A DNA stretch of 64,000 nucleotides from Clostridia bacterium. GTDB taxonomy: Bacteria > Bacillota > Clostridia > Oscillospirales > Acutalibacteraceae. Location: contig JAFTLT010000045.1 in assembly GCA_017452785.1 (NCBI GenBank), positions 757 through 64,756 on the forward strand. Reading direction: 5' to 3'. The notes beneath the pieces are model-generated. The model did no database searches, was not told the DNA's origin, and saw only the letters and a list, made by a program, of their open reading frames with translations. Shown here piece after piece: positions 29,506 through 37,301 of this stretch (positions are counted from its first letter, which is position 1; the number at the start of each line of letters is the position of its first letter). A program made the translations under genes and the position numbers.

Positions 29506-30414
29506 ATGGCAAGTAAATGTCCAAACTGCGGCAGGGTACTCAAATGGTATAATATTAAAGCTGATTGCCCCGACTGCGGTATAAGTATTCCCAATTTCAA
29601 TTGGGAGGCACGTCTTGAAGAAGACAACAAAAAAGCTGAAGAAAAATTCGGCAAATTTTACAGAACGCTGAATATGCTCAAATATTCAGTTGCAGGCACA
29701 AAGCTCAGAATAGCAAGAATAGTTTTGTCTTTCCTGCCTGCAATCGGTTTTATCCTGCCTTGGGCAAGCATCGGCAGTGATAAGGATACTCTGAGTCTCG
29801 ACCTCTTAGGTCTTTTTACCGACGGCACAATCACAATTGATTTCTTCGGCATATTATTTAAAAATATCGGCGATATTTTTTCAGCAATATCCGGCGAAGG
29901 CTTCAGCGGTCCCGTTACATATTTTATGGCAGGTCTTCTTATGATGCTGCTTGGCATTATTACAATAGTAGTTGCCTTTTTCCTTATTTTTATCAAATTC
30001 AGAAAGCCAAAAACAAATGCTGTGTGGATAGCTGATGCCTTGAGCATTGCAATTACATTCGTCGCCGCTGTACTCTTTACAGTCTGCGGAAAGAGTATAT
30101 CAGGCACTTTCTCTATCGGTACTCTCACTTTCGACAACGCTCATTCAGGCATACTGTGGGGTATTTTCGTTTATGTTGCCCTGCTGGCTGTTGCGCTCAT
30201 AGCCAATATACTCGTCAGCAAGGCTGATATTACAAGCGAAGATGACCTTGAAGCTGCAAGACTTGAAAAAGTACGCCTTAAGGAAGAAAAAGCAGAGGCT
30301 GACCGCATCAGAAAAGAAGCTGAAAGAGCAGAGGCAAAAAAGAGAGCCGAAGCAGAAGAAGCTGAAAAAATAAGAAAAGCAAAAGAGTCTCTTGCAAGCA
30401 AGAAAAACAAATAA
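29506..30414 (+). CDS. Membrane protein with an N-terminal double zinc ribbon and a K/E/A-rich C-terminal tail
   Basis: CPNCG...CPDCG at the N-terminus, about 5 TM segments, and the C-terminal tail EKAEADRIRKEAERAEAKKRAEAEEAEKIRKAKE. Confidence 0.55.
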   Translation: MASKCPNCGRVLKWYNIKADCPDCGISIPNFNWEARLEEDNKKAEEKFGKFYRTLNMLKYSVAGTKLRIARIVLSFLPAIGFILPWASIGSDKDTLSLDLLGLFTDGTITIDFFGILFKNIGDIFSAISGEGFSGPVTYFMAGLLMMLLGIITIVVAFFLIFIKFRKPKTNAVWIADALSIAITFVAAVLFTVCGKSISGTFSIGTLTFDNAHSGILWGIFVYVALLAVALIANILVSKADITSEDDLEAARLEKVRLKEEKAEADRIRKEAERAEAKKRAEAEEAEKIRKAKESLASKKNK

Positions 30415-30448
30415 GAGAAAATATAAAAACATTTGAAAGAGTGATATA

Positions 30449-31966
30449 ATGTCAGATACAGTTAACACCACTTCTCTGCAGGAAGAAAACACTTCCGAGG
30501 CAGAGGTACTGGATAAATTAGCCTATACCAAAAAGAGATACCTGACTCCAAAAGAAATTGCAGCCTATGTGCTTGTTAACTTCGGTCAGAAAAACCTCTC
30601 TCAGTTTATCACAAACAGCAGACAGGTTTTCCTCATGCAGTATGCAGGTCTCAGTGGCGGTGCCTATGCGGCAATCACATCATTTGCAACCATTTATGAT
30701 GCACTTGATGACACCATTTCAGGTCTTATCATCGACCGCACAAGAACCCGTTGGGGCCGTGTACGTCCCTTCTTTATCCTCCCCCTTCCTTTGTGGATTC
30801 TCGGCGGCTTTATGCTTTATTCAACACCTAATCTTTCACAGACAGGTCTTAGCATTTACTTCGCCATTGCAACAATCATTTACGGTCTTGGCATGAGCTA
30901 TTTCAACGCCTGGAACCTTATGATTTATAACATCACACCTAATATCAACGAGAGAAACAGTCTTATTACAACCACTAAGTTCTTTGAGCTTTTCGGTGTG
31001 TGGCTCCCCTCTCTTCTCCCCTTCATTCTCACAGCACTTCCAAAAATTACACCCAGCATTTCACAAACAGGCATATATAAGGGCTTCGCAGGCTTTATGC
31101 TTATTTTCTCAGCCTTCTTTGCAGTTTACGGTTTCTTCAATATGAGAGAAAGAATTCCTCTGCAGAGCCGTGAGGAAATGAAGAAAACCTCTGTCTGGGG
31201 TTCACTTAAGAATATTTTCACCAACAGACCCCTTCTTGCAATTATCCTTTCTGACTTCTTCAACAACTTCAAAGCAGTCGGCGGTGCAACAGAAAGCTTC
31301 TTCTGGCTTAACAACACAGGTTCCTACGCAAACGGCGGTATCTGCGGTCTGTTCACAGGCATTCCCAACTACTTTATGGTACCCATAGCCTCTAAGCTCG
31401 TTAAGAAGTTTGGTGCAAGAACAACAGCTATTGCTGCAGGCCTTTTCGGCTTCGGTGCATATATGCTTCTTTTCGCACTCGGCTTCCCCTTCGGTAATAT
31501 CTTCGGTGACAGCTTCGGCAGCCATCACGTACTCAACCTTGCTTGTGTTGTTTTCCTTCTCACAGTCGCAGGTCTTCCCAATAAGATAATCACTGTTTGT
31601 AACCCCATCCTTACAGCAGATGCTCTTGACTATATGGAATGGAAGCACGGTCTTCGTAACGAAGCACTTGTAACAACAGTTCAGGGCTATTTCACAAAGC
31701 TTGCAGGCACAATCACAGGTGCTCTCTCAGGTCTTGTTTTTGAATGGATTGACTATGAAGCTCTCACTGATGCAGCAGGCAACGCAATTCCCAACACCGA
31801 CCCCGGCATCCTTCGTGGCATCTGGACAGTTTTCTGCATACTCCCCGCCCTTGCAAGAGGACTTTACGGTTTATCCTTTATCCTCTATCCCATTCACGGT
31901 GAGCTTCAGCAGAGAATGATAGTTGAGCTTGCTGACAAGCGTGCAGCCGTTCTTGAAGAAATGTAA
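30449..31966 (+). CDS. GPH-family (MelB-like) glycoside/pentoside/hexuronide:cation symporter
   Basis: 12-TM profile and the GPH loop motif LDDTISGLIIDRTRTRWGRVRPF. Confidence 0.8.
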   Translation: MSDTVNTTSLQEENTSEAEVLDKLAYTKKRYLTPKEIAAYVLVNFGQKNLSQFITNSRQVFLMQYAGLSGGAYAAITSFATIYDALDDTISGLIIDRTRTRWGRVRPFFILPLPLWILGGFMLYSTPNLSQTGLSIYFAIATIIYGLGMSYFNAWNLMIYNITPNINERNSLITTTKFFELFGVWLPSLLPFILTALPKITPSISQTGIYKGFAGFMLIFSAFFAVYGFFNMRERIPLQSREEMKKTSVWGSLKNIFTNRPLLAIILSDFFNNFKAVGGATESFFWLNNTGSYANGGICGLFTGIPNYFMVPIASKLVKKFGARTTAIAAGLFGFGAYMLLFALGFPFGNIFGDSFGSHHVLNLACVVFLLTVAGLPNKIITVCNPILTADALDYMEWKHGLRNEALVTTVQGYFTKLAGTITGALSGLVFEWIDYEALTDAAGNAIPNTDPGILRGIWTVFCILPALARGLYGLSFILYPIHGELQQRMIVELADKRAAVLEEM

Positions 31967-31978
31967 GACTATATACAT

Positions 31979-32010
31979 AAAAGCACTCACAAAATGTGGG
32001 TGCTTTCGTC
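31979..32010 (+). terminator. Intrinsic terminator after the symporter gene
   Basis: Hairpin GCACTCACA-aaa-TGTGGGTGC followed by TTTCGTCTT. Confidence 0.6.
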
Positions 32011-32038
32011 TTGACAAGAGGATATTTTATGATATAAT
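32011..32038 (+). promoter_or_regulatory. Sigma-A promoter driving the tRNA-Leu region
   Basis: TTGACA (32011-32016), a 16-nt spacer, then TG-n-TATAAT (32033-32038). It lies 11 nt upstream of the first GCGGATG. Confidence 0.7.
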
Positions 32039-32049
32039 TACTTAAGCAT

Positions 32050-32071
32050 GCGGATGTGGTGGAATTGGCAG
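32050..32071 (+). pseudogene. 22-nt duplicate of the 5' end of tRNA-Leu (acceptor 5' strand plus D-arm/loop). This is a truncated tRNA fragment.
   Basis: GCGGATGTGGTGGAATTGGCAG is identical to 32217-32238. The sequences diverge completely after position 22. Confidence 0.8.
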
Positions 32072-32216
32072 CTTTGAGCCCGACCGCCGCCGGTGACGGA
32101 TAAAGGAAGGGCGAAATGGCGCAGCGGTCAAAGTTTTTGTGCCACCGGCACAAAAAAACTTTGGGTACCGCAAGAGTCACACGCTCACCATATAAATAAA
32201 GCAAACAACCGAATAC

Positions 32217-32301
32217 GCGGATGTGGTGGAATTGGCAGACACGCAAGATTTAGGTTCTTGTACCGTAAGGTGTGCAGGTTCAAGTCCTGTTATCCGCACC
32301 A
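32217..32301 (+). tRNA. tRNA-Leu (anticodon UAG), type II with a long variable arm and encoded CCA
   Basis: Manual cloverleaf: acceptor GCGGATG/TATCCGC, anticodon stem CAAGA/TCTTG with loop TTTAGGT, variable arm TACCGTAAGGTGT, T-arm GCAGG-TTCAAGT-CCTGT, then ACCA. Confidence 0.92.
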
Positions 32302-32302
32302 A

Positions 32303-32337
32303 AACTCAGTAGTCAGAAGACTGCTGAGTTGTTTTTT
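32303..32337 (+). terminator. Intrinsic terminator after tRNA-Leu
   Basis: Hairpin AACTCAGTAGTC-agaa-GACTGCTGAGTT followed by GTTTTTT. Confidence 0.85.
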
Positions 32338-32476
32338 ATCCACTTTATATGACTGCAAAAAACAAAAATCAGTTGCCATTTTCAAAAAAATGTAATACAA
32401 TGGTAGGCACAGTAATATAAAAAAGATGATGTCTTTAAACATTCCGGCTCATCTGAAAAAAGAAAGGATTTTAATT

Positions 32477-33277
32477 ATGGTTTTCACTCTTGAACTCTTA
32501 TGGCTGTTTTTAGCAGCTATGCTTATCAGCGCAATCGGTTTCAAAAATTATGTGTGGTTTATTTCACTCGGCTATGGATTTTCCATTGCAGGCGAAGGTG
32601 CATTAATGATGATGCTTTACGGAAAACAGCTGAGCATAGGCTCAATTATCTGCTGCGTTTTATTTGTTGTTTACGGTTTCCGTTTAGGAGGCTATCTGGC
32701 TGTTCGTGAATTAGGCAGCAGCTCATATAAAAAGAATATGCAAGGCGAAATCAAAGACGGAAAATCAGTGCCCTTCGGTGTGAAAATTGCAATATGGGTA
32801 ACTTGTGCATTACTTTATGTAACTCAGGTTTCAGGCGTATTCTATCGTCTGAATAACAATAGCAGTGATAACATTTTTGTTTATATAGGTGCTGCTGTCA
32901 TGGTACTTGGTCTTATCCTTGAATCAGTTGCAGACATTCAGAAAAACAATGCCAAAAAGATTAATCCTCGCCGCTTTGTTGACACCGGACTTTATCGTCT
33001 CGTGCGTTGCCCGAACTATCTTGGTGAAATGATATTCTGGACAGGTGCTCTCATTTCAGGCATCGGCGCTGTTTCAGGTTGGCAGTGGATTATTGTTGCC
33101 ATCGGTTATATAGGCATTATATTTGTTATGTTCAGCGGTGCCCGCCGTCTTGAAATCAGACAGAATAAAAACTACGGCAACGATCCCGAATACCAGAAAT
33201 ATGTAAAAACTGTGCCTATAATGGTACCATTTATCCCCTTGTACAGCGTAGAAAAGTACAAGTGGCTGGTTGCTTAA
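32477..33277 (+). CDS. DUF1295 / steroid-5-alpha-reductase-like membrane protein
   Basis: Polytopic protein with the C-terminal motif YRLVRCPNYLGEMIFWTG. ATG at 32477 follows GAAAGGA. Confidence 0.7.
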   Translation: MVFTLELLWLFLAAMLISAIGFKNYVWFISLGYGFSIAGEGALMMMLYGKQLSIGSIICCVLFVVYGFRLGGYLAVRELGSSSYKKNMQGEIKDGKSVPFGVKIAIWVTCALLYVTQVSGVFYRLNNNSSDNIFVYIGAAVMVLGLILESVADIQKNNAKKINPRRFVDTGLYRLVRCPNYLGEMIFWTGALISGIGAVSGWQWIIVAIGYIGIIFVMFSGARRLEIRQNKNYGNDPEYQKYVKTVPIMVPFIPLYSVEKYKWLVA

Positions 33278-33346
33278 TTTAATAACACACAGATCGCTGT
33301 TGAGCTGCAATGGCGGTCTTTTTTTGCAGCAAGCGTTTATTCTGAT

Positions 33347-33375
33347 TTGACAATCACTCCCCTCGGTGATATAAT
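33347..33375 (+). promoter_or_regulatory. Sigma-A promoter of the riboswitch-controlled operon
   Basis: TTGACA (33347-33352), a 17-nt spacer, then TG-n-TATAAT (33370-33375). Confidence 0.75.
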
Positions 33376-33395
33376 ATTCAGCAAGTGAATAGAAA

Positions 33396-33677
33396 CATTT
33401 AAGGTGTCGGGTGATTTTTCTCTCCCGGTGAAAATGGGAAGCAGGGTGCAAGTCCCTCACGAACTCGTCGCTGTAATGAAGAAGTCTTATTCCACGCATT
33501 AAGCTGCAGTCATTGGTGAAGGCCGAGAAGACGGAACAAGGTGATGATAGCTAAGTCAGAAGACCTGCCTTAAATGATTTGTGGGACCGCGAGTAATCGG
33601 TTTAAGCAAACGACATCCTTCTTTTAGTCGTAAGTGCCACGAGGTTTTTATGCACTTAAGACTAAAAGAAAGGATGT
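33396..33677 (+). promoter_or_regulatory. Cobalamin (B12) riboswitch with an SD-sequestering expression platform
   Basis: P1 stem CATTTAAGG (33396-33404) pairs with CCTTAAATG (33568-33576). The core is GGTGAAAATGGGAAGCAGGGTGCAAGTCCCT and the B12 box is AGTCAGAAGACCTGCC. A long hairpin at 33613-33677 pairs ACATCCTTCTTTTAGTC with GACTAAAAGAAAGGATGT, which covers the SD. Confidence 0.85.
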
Positions 33678-34083
33678 GAAAAGTGTGAAAAGCAAGAAAA
33701 TTTTAGGCGTAGTCATTCTGGCGGTGCTTATAGTTGCTATGGCGTTTACTTTCAATGCGTTCAAAGAAAAGCCCGTTGAGGGTGAAAAGAACATAACAAT
33801 TGAAGTTGTTGCCGAAGATAAAACCTCCACTGTCTATGAGGTTGACACCGATGCCGAATATCTGCTTGGTGCTATGGAAGATGCTGACGGTCTCACCTTT
33901 GAGGGTGAAGACGGTCCTTACGGAATGTCTGTCAGCACTGTTAACGGTGTGCGTGCAGATTATACTCTTGACGGTGCATATTGGGCATTTTTCGTTGGTG
34001 AAGAATACTGCAACTACGGTGTATCACAGCAGCCCGTTGAAGACGGTGACAGCTTTAAGATTGTTTACACATTAGCTGAATGA
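33676..34083 (+). CDS. DUF4430-domain (transcobalamin-like) secreted or lipid-anchored protein
   Basis: N-terminal TM/signal segment KKILGVVILAVLIVAMAF and a DUF4430-like C-terminus (YWAFFVGEEYCNYGVSQQPVEDGDSFKIVY). It is under the B12 riboswitch. The start is GTG 33676 or 33685; the track's longer start lies inside the riboswitch platform. Confidence 0.7.
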   Translation: MKSVKSKKILGVVILAVLIVAMAFTFNAFKEKPVEGEKNITIEVVAEDKTSTVYEVDTDAEYLLGAMEDADGLTFEGEDGPYGMSVSTVNGVRADYTLDGAYWAFFVGEEYCNYGVSQQPVEDGDSFKIVYTLAE

Positions 34084-34610
34084 TAAGCCAAAAAGGCAAA
34101 AACGCTGCCTTTGACGTAGCTTTGGTTGCGCTTATGGTGGCTGTTATTGAGGTTTGCAAATTCGCAATGATAGGTCTTCCGAATATAAGCCTGACAGCTT
34201 TCTGGCTCGTGCTTTTTTCAAAGCATTTCGGGAATAAGGTATATTATGTTGTGCCTGTTTTTACCCTGCTGGAAGGCATTGTTTTCGGGTTTAACCTGTG
34301 GTGGATAAGCTATCTTTATGCGTGGCCGGTGCTCGTGCTTATAACAAGAATTTTCAGGCATAATGACAGCGCAGTTATATGGGCAGTCATTTCAGGAATT
34401 TTTGGCCTATCCTTCGGTGCACTGTGCGCTATCCCCTACATTTTTACGGCAGTGGATTTAAAAAGCGGCCTTGCCTACGCTGTAAGCTGGTGGATTTCGG
34501 GAATACCTTGGGACATCACACACTGCGTCGGTAACTTCGTTTTAATGATGCTGCTTTATAAGCCCTTGGGAAGCGTAATGCAGAATTTGCAAAAACAAAT
34601 CAAACATTGA
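34080..34610 (+). CDS. ECF transporter S (substrate-capture) component. The riboswitch context suggests a corrinoid substrate.
   Basis: 176 aa with about 5-6 TM segments. Has an ATGA overlap with the upstream gene. A shared ecfA1A2T module lies at 5.7-8.2 kb. Confidence 0.6.
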   Translation: MISQKGKNAAFDVALVALMVAVIEVCKFAMIGLPNISLTAFWLVLFSKHFGNKVYYVVPVFTLLEGIVFGFNLWWISYLYAWPVLVLITRIFRHNDSAVIWAVISGIFGLSFGALCAIPYIFTAVDLKSGLAYAVSWWISGIPWDITHCVGNFVLMMLLYKPLGSVMQNLQKQIKH

Positions 34611-34612
34611 AA

Positions 34613-34652
34613 AAAGCGAATCACTCTCAACGGGTGGTTCGCTTCTTTTTTT
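34613..34652 (+). terminator. Intrinsic terminator after the B12-regulated operon
   Basis: AGCGAA...TTCGCT stem followed by TCTTTTTTT. Confidence 0.7.
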
Positions 34653-34664
34653 ATTCACCTTCAA

Positions 34665-34699
34665 ACAAAAGTAAAATGCACACCGCAAAGGGTGTGCAG
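34665..34699 (-). terminator. Intrinsic terminator after ptsH
   Basis: Minus-strand hairpin TGCACACCC-tttg-CGGTGTGCA followed by TTTTACTTTTG. Confidence 0.7.
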
Positions 34700-34711
34700 A
34701 ATTAGGTTTTC

Positions 34712-34975
34712 TTATTCTGTGAAGCCTGACTCAACAAGTCTTACAAGCTCTTCAACAGCCTGCTCTTCATCGGGACCGCCGGCAATGATGCGAATATCTG
34801 TGCCACCCATGATGCCGAGTGAAAGAACACCAAGTAAGCTCTTAGCGTTTACTCTTCTTTCTTCCTTCTCAACCCAGATTGATGACTTGAATTCATTTGC
34901 CTTCTGAATGAAGAATGTTGCAGGACGGGCATGAAGTCCAACCTGATTCTGAACTTTTACATCTTTAACAAACAT
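34712..34975 (-). CDS. ptsH: Phosphocarrier protein HPr
   Basis: GLHARPA (His15 site) and KSLLGVLSLG (Ser46 site). ATG at 34975 follows GGGAGA. A TTGACG-17-TATAAT promoter lies upstream. Confidence 0.92.
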   Translation of the reverse strand: MFVKDVKVQNQVGLHARPATFFIQKANEFKSSIWVEKEERRVNAKSLLGVLSLGIMGGTDIRIIAGGPDEEQAVEELVRLVESGFTE

Positions 34976-35203
34976 ATCAATATCTCCCACACATATAAAT
35001 TTGGTTGTTCTCAATTAATTGCTAATATATTATAACCGTAAAAACAATCTTCGTCAATGGTTAAAAACGACTTTAAAACTTTTTGGTTGCAAGCCTAAAC
35101 ATCAACAAAAAACCGAGGTTAAATTTGTGCATTTTCACTATATTTTTTTTCACATTCAAGTCACTATGCACAACCAAAAATCTTTTTATGCGACAAGTGC
35201 TTA

Positions 35204-35977
35204 TTAACTGTCAGCGTTCTCGGTACCCTGCCGATCAAGAGCCTTTTGCTGAGCTTTTAACTCTCTTAAAAATTCAATATCCTTTTTGTCAAGCTTTGCT
35301 TTTGAGAGCATATCAGGTCTGCGGAGATAAGTTCTCATAAGACTCTGCTGACGCTTCCACTTATTTATATTTGCATGGTGCCCCGATAACAGTATATCCG
35401 GAACAGTTTGTCCGTGCCACTCATAGGGTCTTGTATACTGGGGATGCTCCAAAAGTGAGCTATAATGGCTTTCGTCGCTGAAGGCTTCTTCATTTGGTAG
35501 CACACCGGGAAGCATGCGTGAAATGCTGTCAGCAAGCACAAGAGCAGGAAGCTCACCGCCTGTGAGCACATAGTCACCAATCGATATTTCTTCATCGACT
35601 ATTTCCTCAATAACTCTCTCATCAATGCCCTCATAGTGACCGCAGAGAATTGCAATATTTTCCATCTGTGCAAGCTCACGCACACGGTTTTGTGTCAATG
35701 TTTTTCCCTGAGGGGACATATAGATGAGATGAGGCTTTTTGCCAACCTCTTCACAAAGACTCATATAGCAGTCATATATTGGCTGAACCTGCATAATCAT
35801 GCCCATGCCGCCGCCGTAAGGTGTATCATCAACTCTTTTATGCTTATCGAGAGTATAGTCTCTTATCTGACGGCAGTTTATCTCAACGAGCCCTGCCTGT
35901 CTGCTTCTGCCTATAATACTCTCACTGAGAACTGCCTCGCACATTTCAGGGAAAAGAGTAAGTATATCAATTCTCAT
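35204..35977 (-). CDS. trmD: tRNA (guanine37-N1)-methyltransferase
   Basis: N-terminus MRIDILTLFPEM, then DDTPYGGGMGM and GHYEGIDERV. Confidence 0.93.
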   Translation of the reverse strand: MRIDILTLFPEMCEAVLSESIIGRSRQAGLVEINCRQIRDYTLDKHKRVDDTPYGGGMGMIMQVQPIYDCYMSLCEEVGKKPHLIYMSPQGKTLTQNRVRELAQMENIAILCGHYEGIDERVIEEIVDEEISIGDYVLTGGELPALVLADSISRMLPGVLPNEEAFSDESHYSSLLEHPQYTRPYEWHGQTVPDILLSGHHANINKWKRQQSLMRTYLRRPDMLSKAKLDKKDIEFLRELKAQQKALDRQGTENADS

Positions 35978-36482
35978 CGTCAAAAATTCCTTTCAAGGGG
36001 CGGATTTTAATTATGCCCTCTATAACATCTGTGCTGATAACAACGCTTGGAATAGCAGGAATAAGATATTCCTTATCCCCTTTCATAATATGCCAGACAT
36101 CGTTTGCCCCCGTCTGAGACACATCGCTTATTATGCCGTAGGTTATGCTTTCATCATCTGCATCAATAACAGTGCAGTCAATGAGCTCCTGAATAAACCA
36201 AGTGCCCTCAGGAAGCTTTGCGTCACTTCTTTTCATATAGAGGATTTTATCACGATACTTTGAGGCTTCTTCCACAGTGTCAATGCCCTGCACCTTCATA
36301 ATGACCATATTACCGTTGGGTCTCGATGAAACCTTCAGAGGCTTCTCACCTTTTTTATCAAGATACAATGTCTTGAATCTCTTCATATACTCAGGGCTGT
36401 CACACCATGGCTGAACACGCATTTCGCCCTTGATACCGTGAGTGGAGGTTATTTTGCCTATTTCGAGATAGTCTTTTATCAT
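35967..36482 (-). CDS. rimM: 16S rRNA processing protein RimM
   Basis: GKITSTHGIKGEMRV (the N-terminal RimM motif) and a PRC barrel. Lies immediately upstream of trmD. Confidence 0.9.
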   Translation of the reverse strand: MIKDYLEIGKITSTHGIKGEMRVQPWCDSPEYMKRFKTLYLDKKGEKPLKVSSRPNGNMVIMKVQGIDTVEEASKYRDKILYMKRSDAKLPEGTWFIQELIDCTVIDADDESITYGIISDVSQTGANDVWHIMKGDKEYLIPAIPSVVISTDVIEGIIKIRPLKGIFDDEN

Positions 36483-36492
36483 AATGTGCTCC

Positions 36493-36522
36493 TTAAAATC
36501 AAAAGGCTGCCTGACGACAGCC
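36493..36522 (-). terminator. Hairpin plus T-run between the 43-aa mini-gene and rimM (terminator or attenuator)
   Basis: Minus-strand GGCTGTC-gtca-GGCAGCC followed by TTTTGATTTT. It ends 10 nt before the rimM start. Confidence 0.55.
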
Positions 36523-36536
36523 GTTTGCTTGCTTGA

Positions 36537-36668
36537 TTATTCGTCTTCGGGAAGGGGTGCCATCCAGTCAGGATTAACTTCACCGCCCATAAGCTCGCAA
36601 AGGTATTCATAGAGCTTATTCCATAAATCCCAGAAAATTTCTTCAAATGTTGCAAATAATTTTTCCAT
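36537..36668 (-). CDS. Unannotated 43-aa aromatic, acidic helical peptide (a member of the small-peptide family)
   Basis: Sequence MEKLFATFEEIFWDLWNKLYEYLCELMGGEVNPDWMAPLPEDE. GGAGGA lies 8 nt before the ATG, a promoter is at 36699-36727, and a terminator follows the stop. Below the track's 60-aa cutoff. Confidence 0.6.
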   Translation of the reverse strand: MEKLFATFEEIFWDLWNKLYEYLCELMGGEVNPDWMAPLPEDE

Positions 36669-36698
36669 TATAATTTCCTCCTATATAAGATTAAATAC

Positions 36699-36727
36699 AT
36701 TATATACCATATCACATATAATTTCAA
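36699..36727 (-). promoter_or_regulatory. Sigma-A promoter of the 43-aa mini-gene (and possibly rimM-trmD)
   Basis: Minus strand: TTGAAA, 17-nt spacer, TATAAT. Confidence 0.6.
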
Positions 36728-36736
36728 GAATTTCAG

Positions 36737-37219
36737 CTAAAAAATTATATCGTGAGTTTCTGCGCCCACACATTCAATAAGACCTTTTGGTGAAATAAAC
36801 AGCTGAACGCCAAGAGCTCCGCCGCTGATAATAATTTCAGGGAACTGCAATATACTCTCGTGAATCACTGTTCTGAACTGCTTTTTCATGCCAATGGGAG
36901 TGCAACCGCCTCTTATATAGCCTGTGACCTGTTTGATATCCTTGACATGAAGCAGCTCCACGCTTTTTTCACCCACGGATTTTGCTGCTTTTTTAAGGTC
37001 AACTTCCTTATCTATGGGCAGCACAAAAACATAATTTTCACCGCTTTTGCCCACAGCAACAAGGGTCTTGAAGGTCATATCATAGCTCTGTGAGAGCATA
37101 TCCGCAATATGTATGCCGTCAATAAATTCCACGCACTCATAATAATTGACCTTATAGGGAATTTTCTTTTTATCGAGTATTCGCATTGCATTGGTCTTAA
37201 TACCCTTATCTTTTGCCAT
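36737..37219 (-). CDS. ybaK: Cys-tRNA(Pro)/Cys-tRNA(Cys) deacylase YbaK/EbsC
   Basis: 160 aa with a YbaK-like N-terminus (KTNAMRILDKKKIPY) and GYIRGGCTPIG. Confidence 0.8.
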   Translation of the reverse strand: MAKDKGIKTNAMRILDKKKIPYKVNYYECVEFIDGIHIADMLSQSYDMTFKTLVAVGKSGENYVFVLPIDKEVDLKKAAKSVGEKSVELLHVKDIKQVTGYIRGGCTPIGMKKQFRTVIHESILQFPEIIISGGALGVQLFISPKGLIECVGAETHDIIF

Positions 37220-37301
37220 AATAACCTCACAATTGACTAAAAGTTAAATTTTATATATAATATCACACAGATAGAAATTTTTCAATAAAGAGGTAGGATA
37301 A

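Noticed and set aside
31878-32395. ORFs of 100-122 aa overlapping the tRNA-Leu region
   Set aside because: They run through a tRNA gene, its terminator and a promoter. There is no SD and no coding periodicity.
31967-32425. A genomic island or prophage integrated at tRNA-Leu
   Set aside because: The 22-nt duplication prompted this idea. However, there is no integrase, no phage genes, and only 145 nt between the repeats. The flanking genes are ordinary transport and membrane genes.
33074-33499. 141-aa minus-strand ORF
   Set aside because: It overlaps the 3' end of the DUF1295 gene and the cobalamin riboswitch aptamer. The RNA element accounts for the conservation-like structure.
35015-35035. 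The shared 10-mer ATTAGCAATT between the 22.2-kb element terminus and the ptsH leader, including the CAATTAATTG palindrome
   Set aside because: It is a short AT-rich match, plausible by chance. There is no extended similarity beyond about 11 nt.
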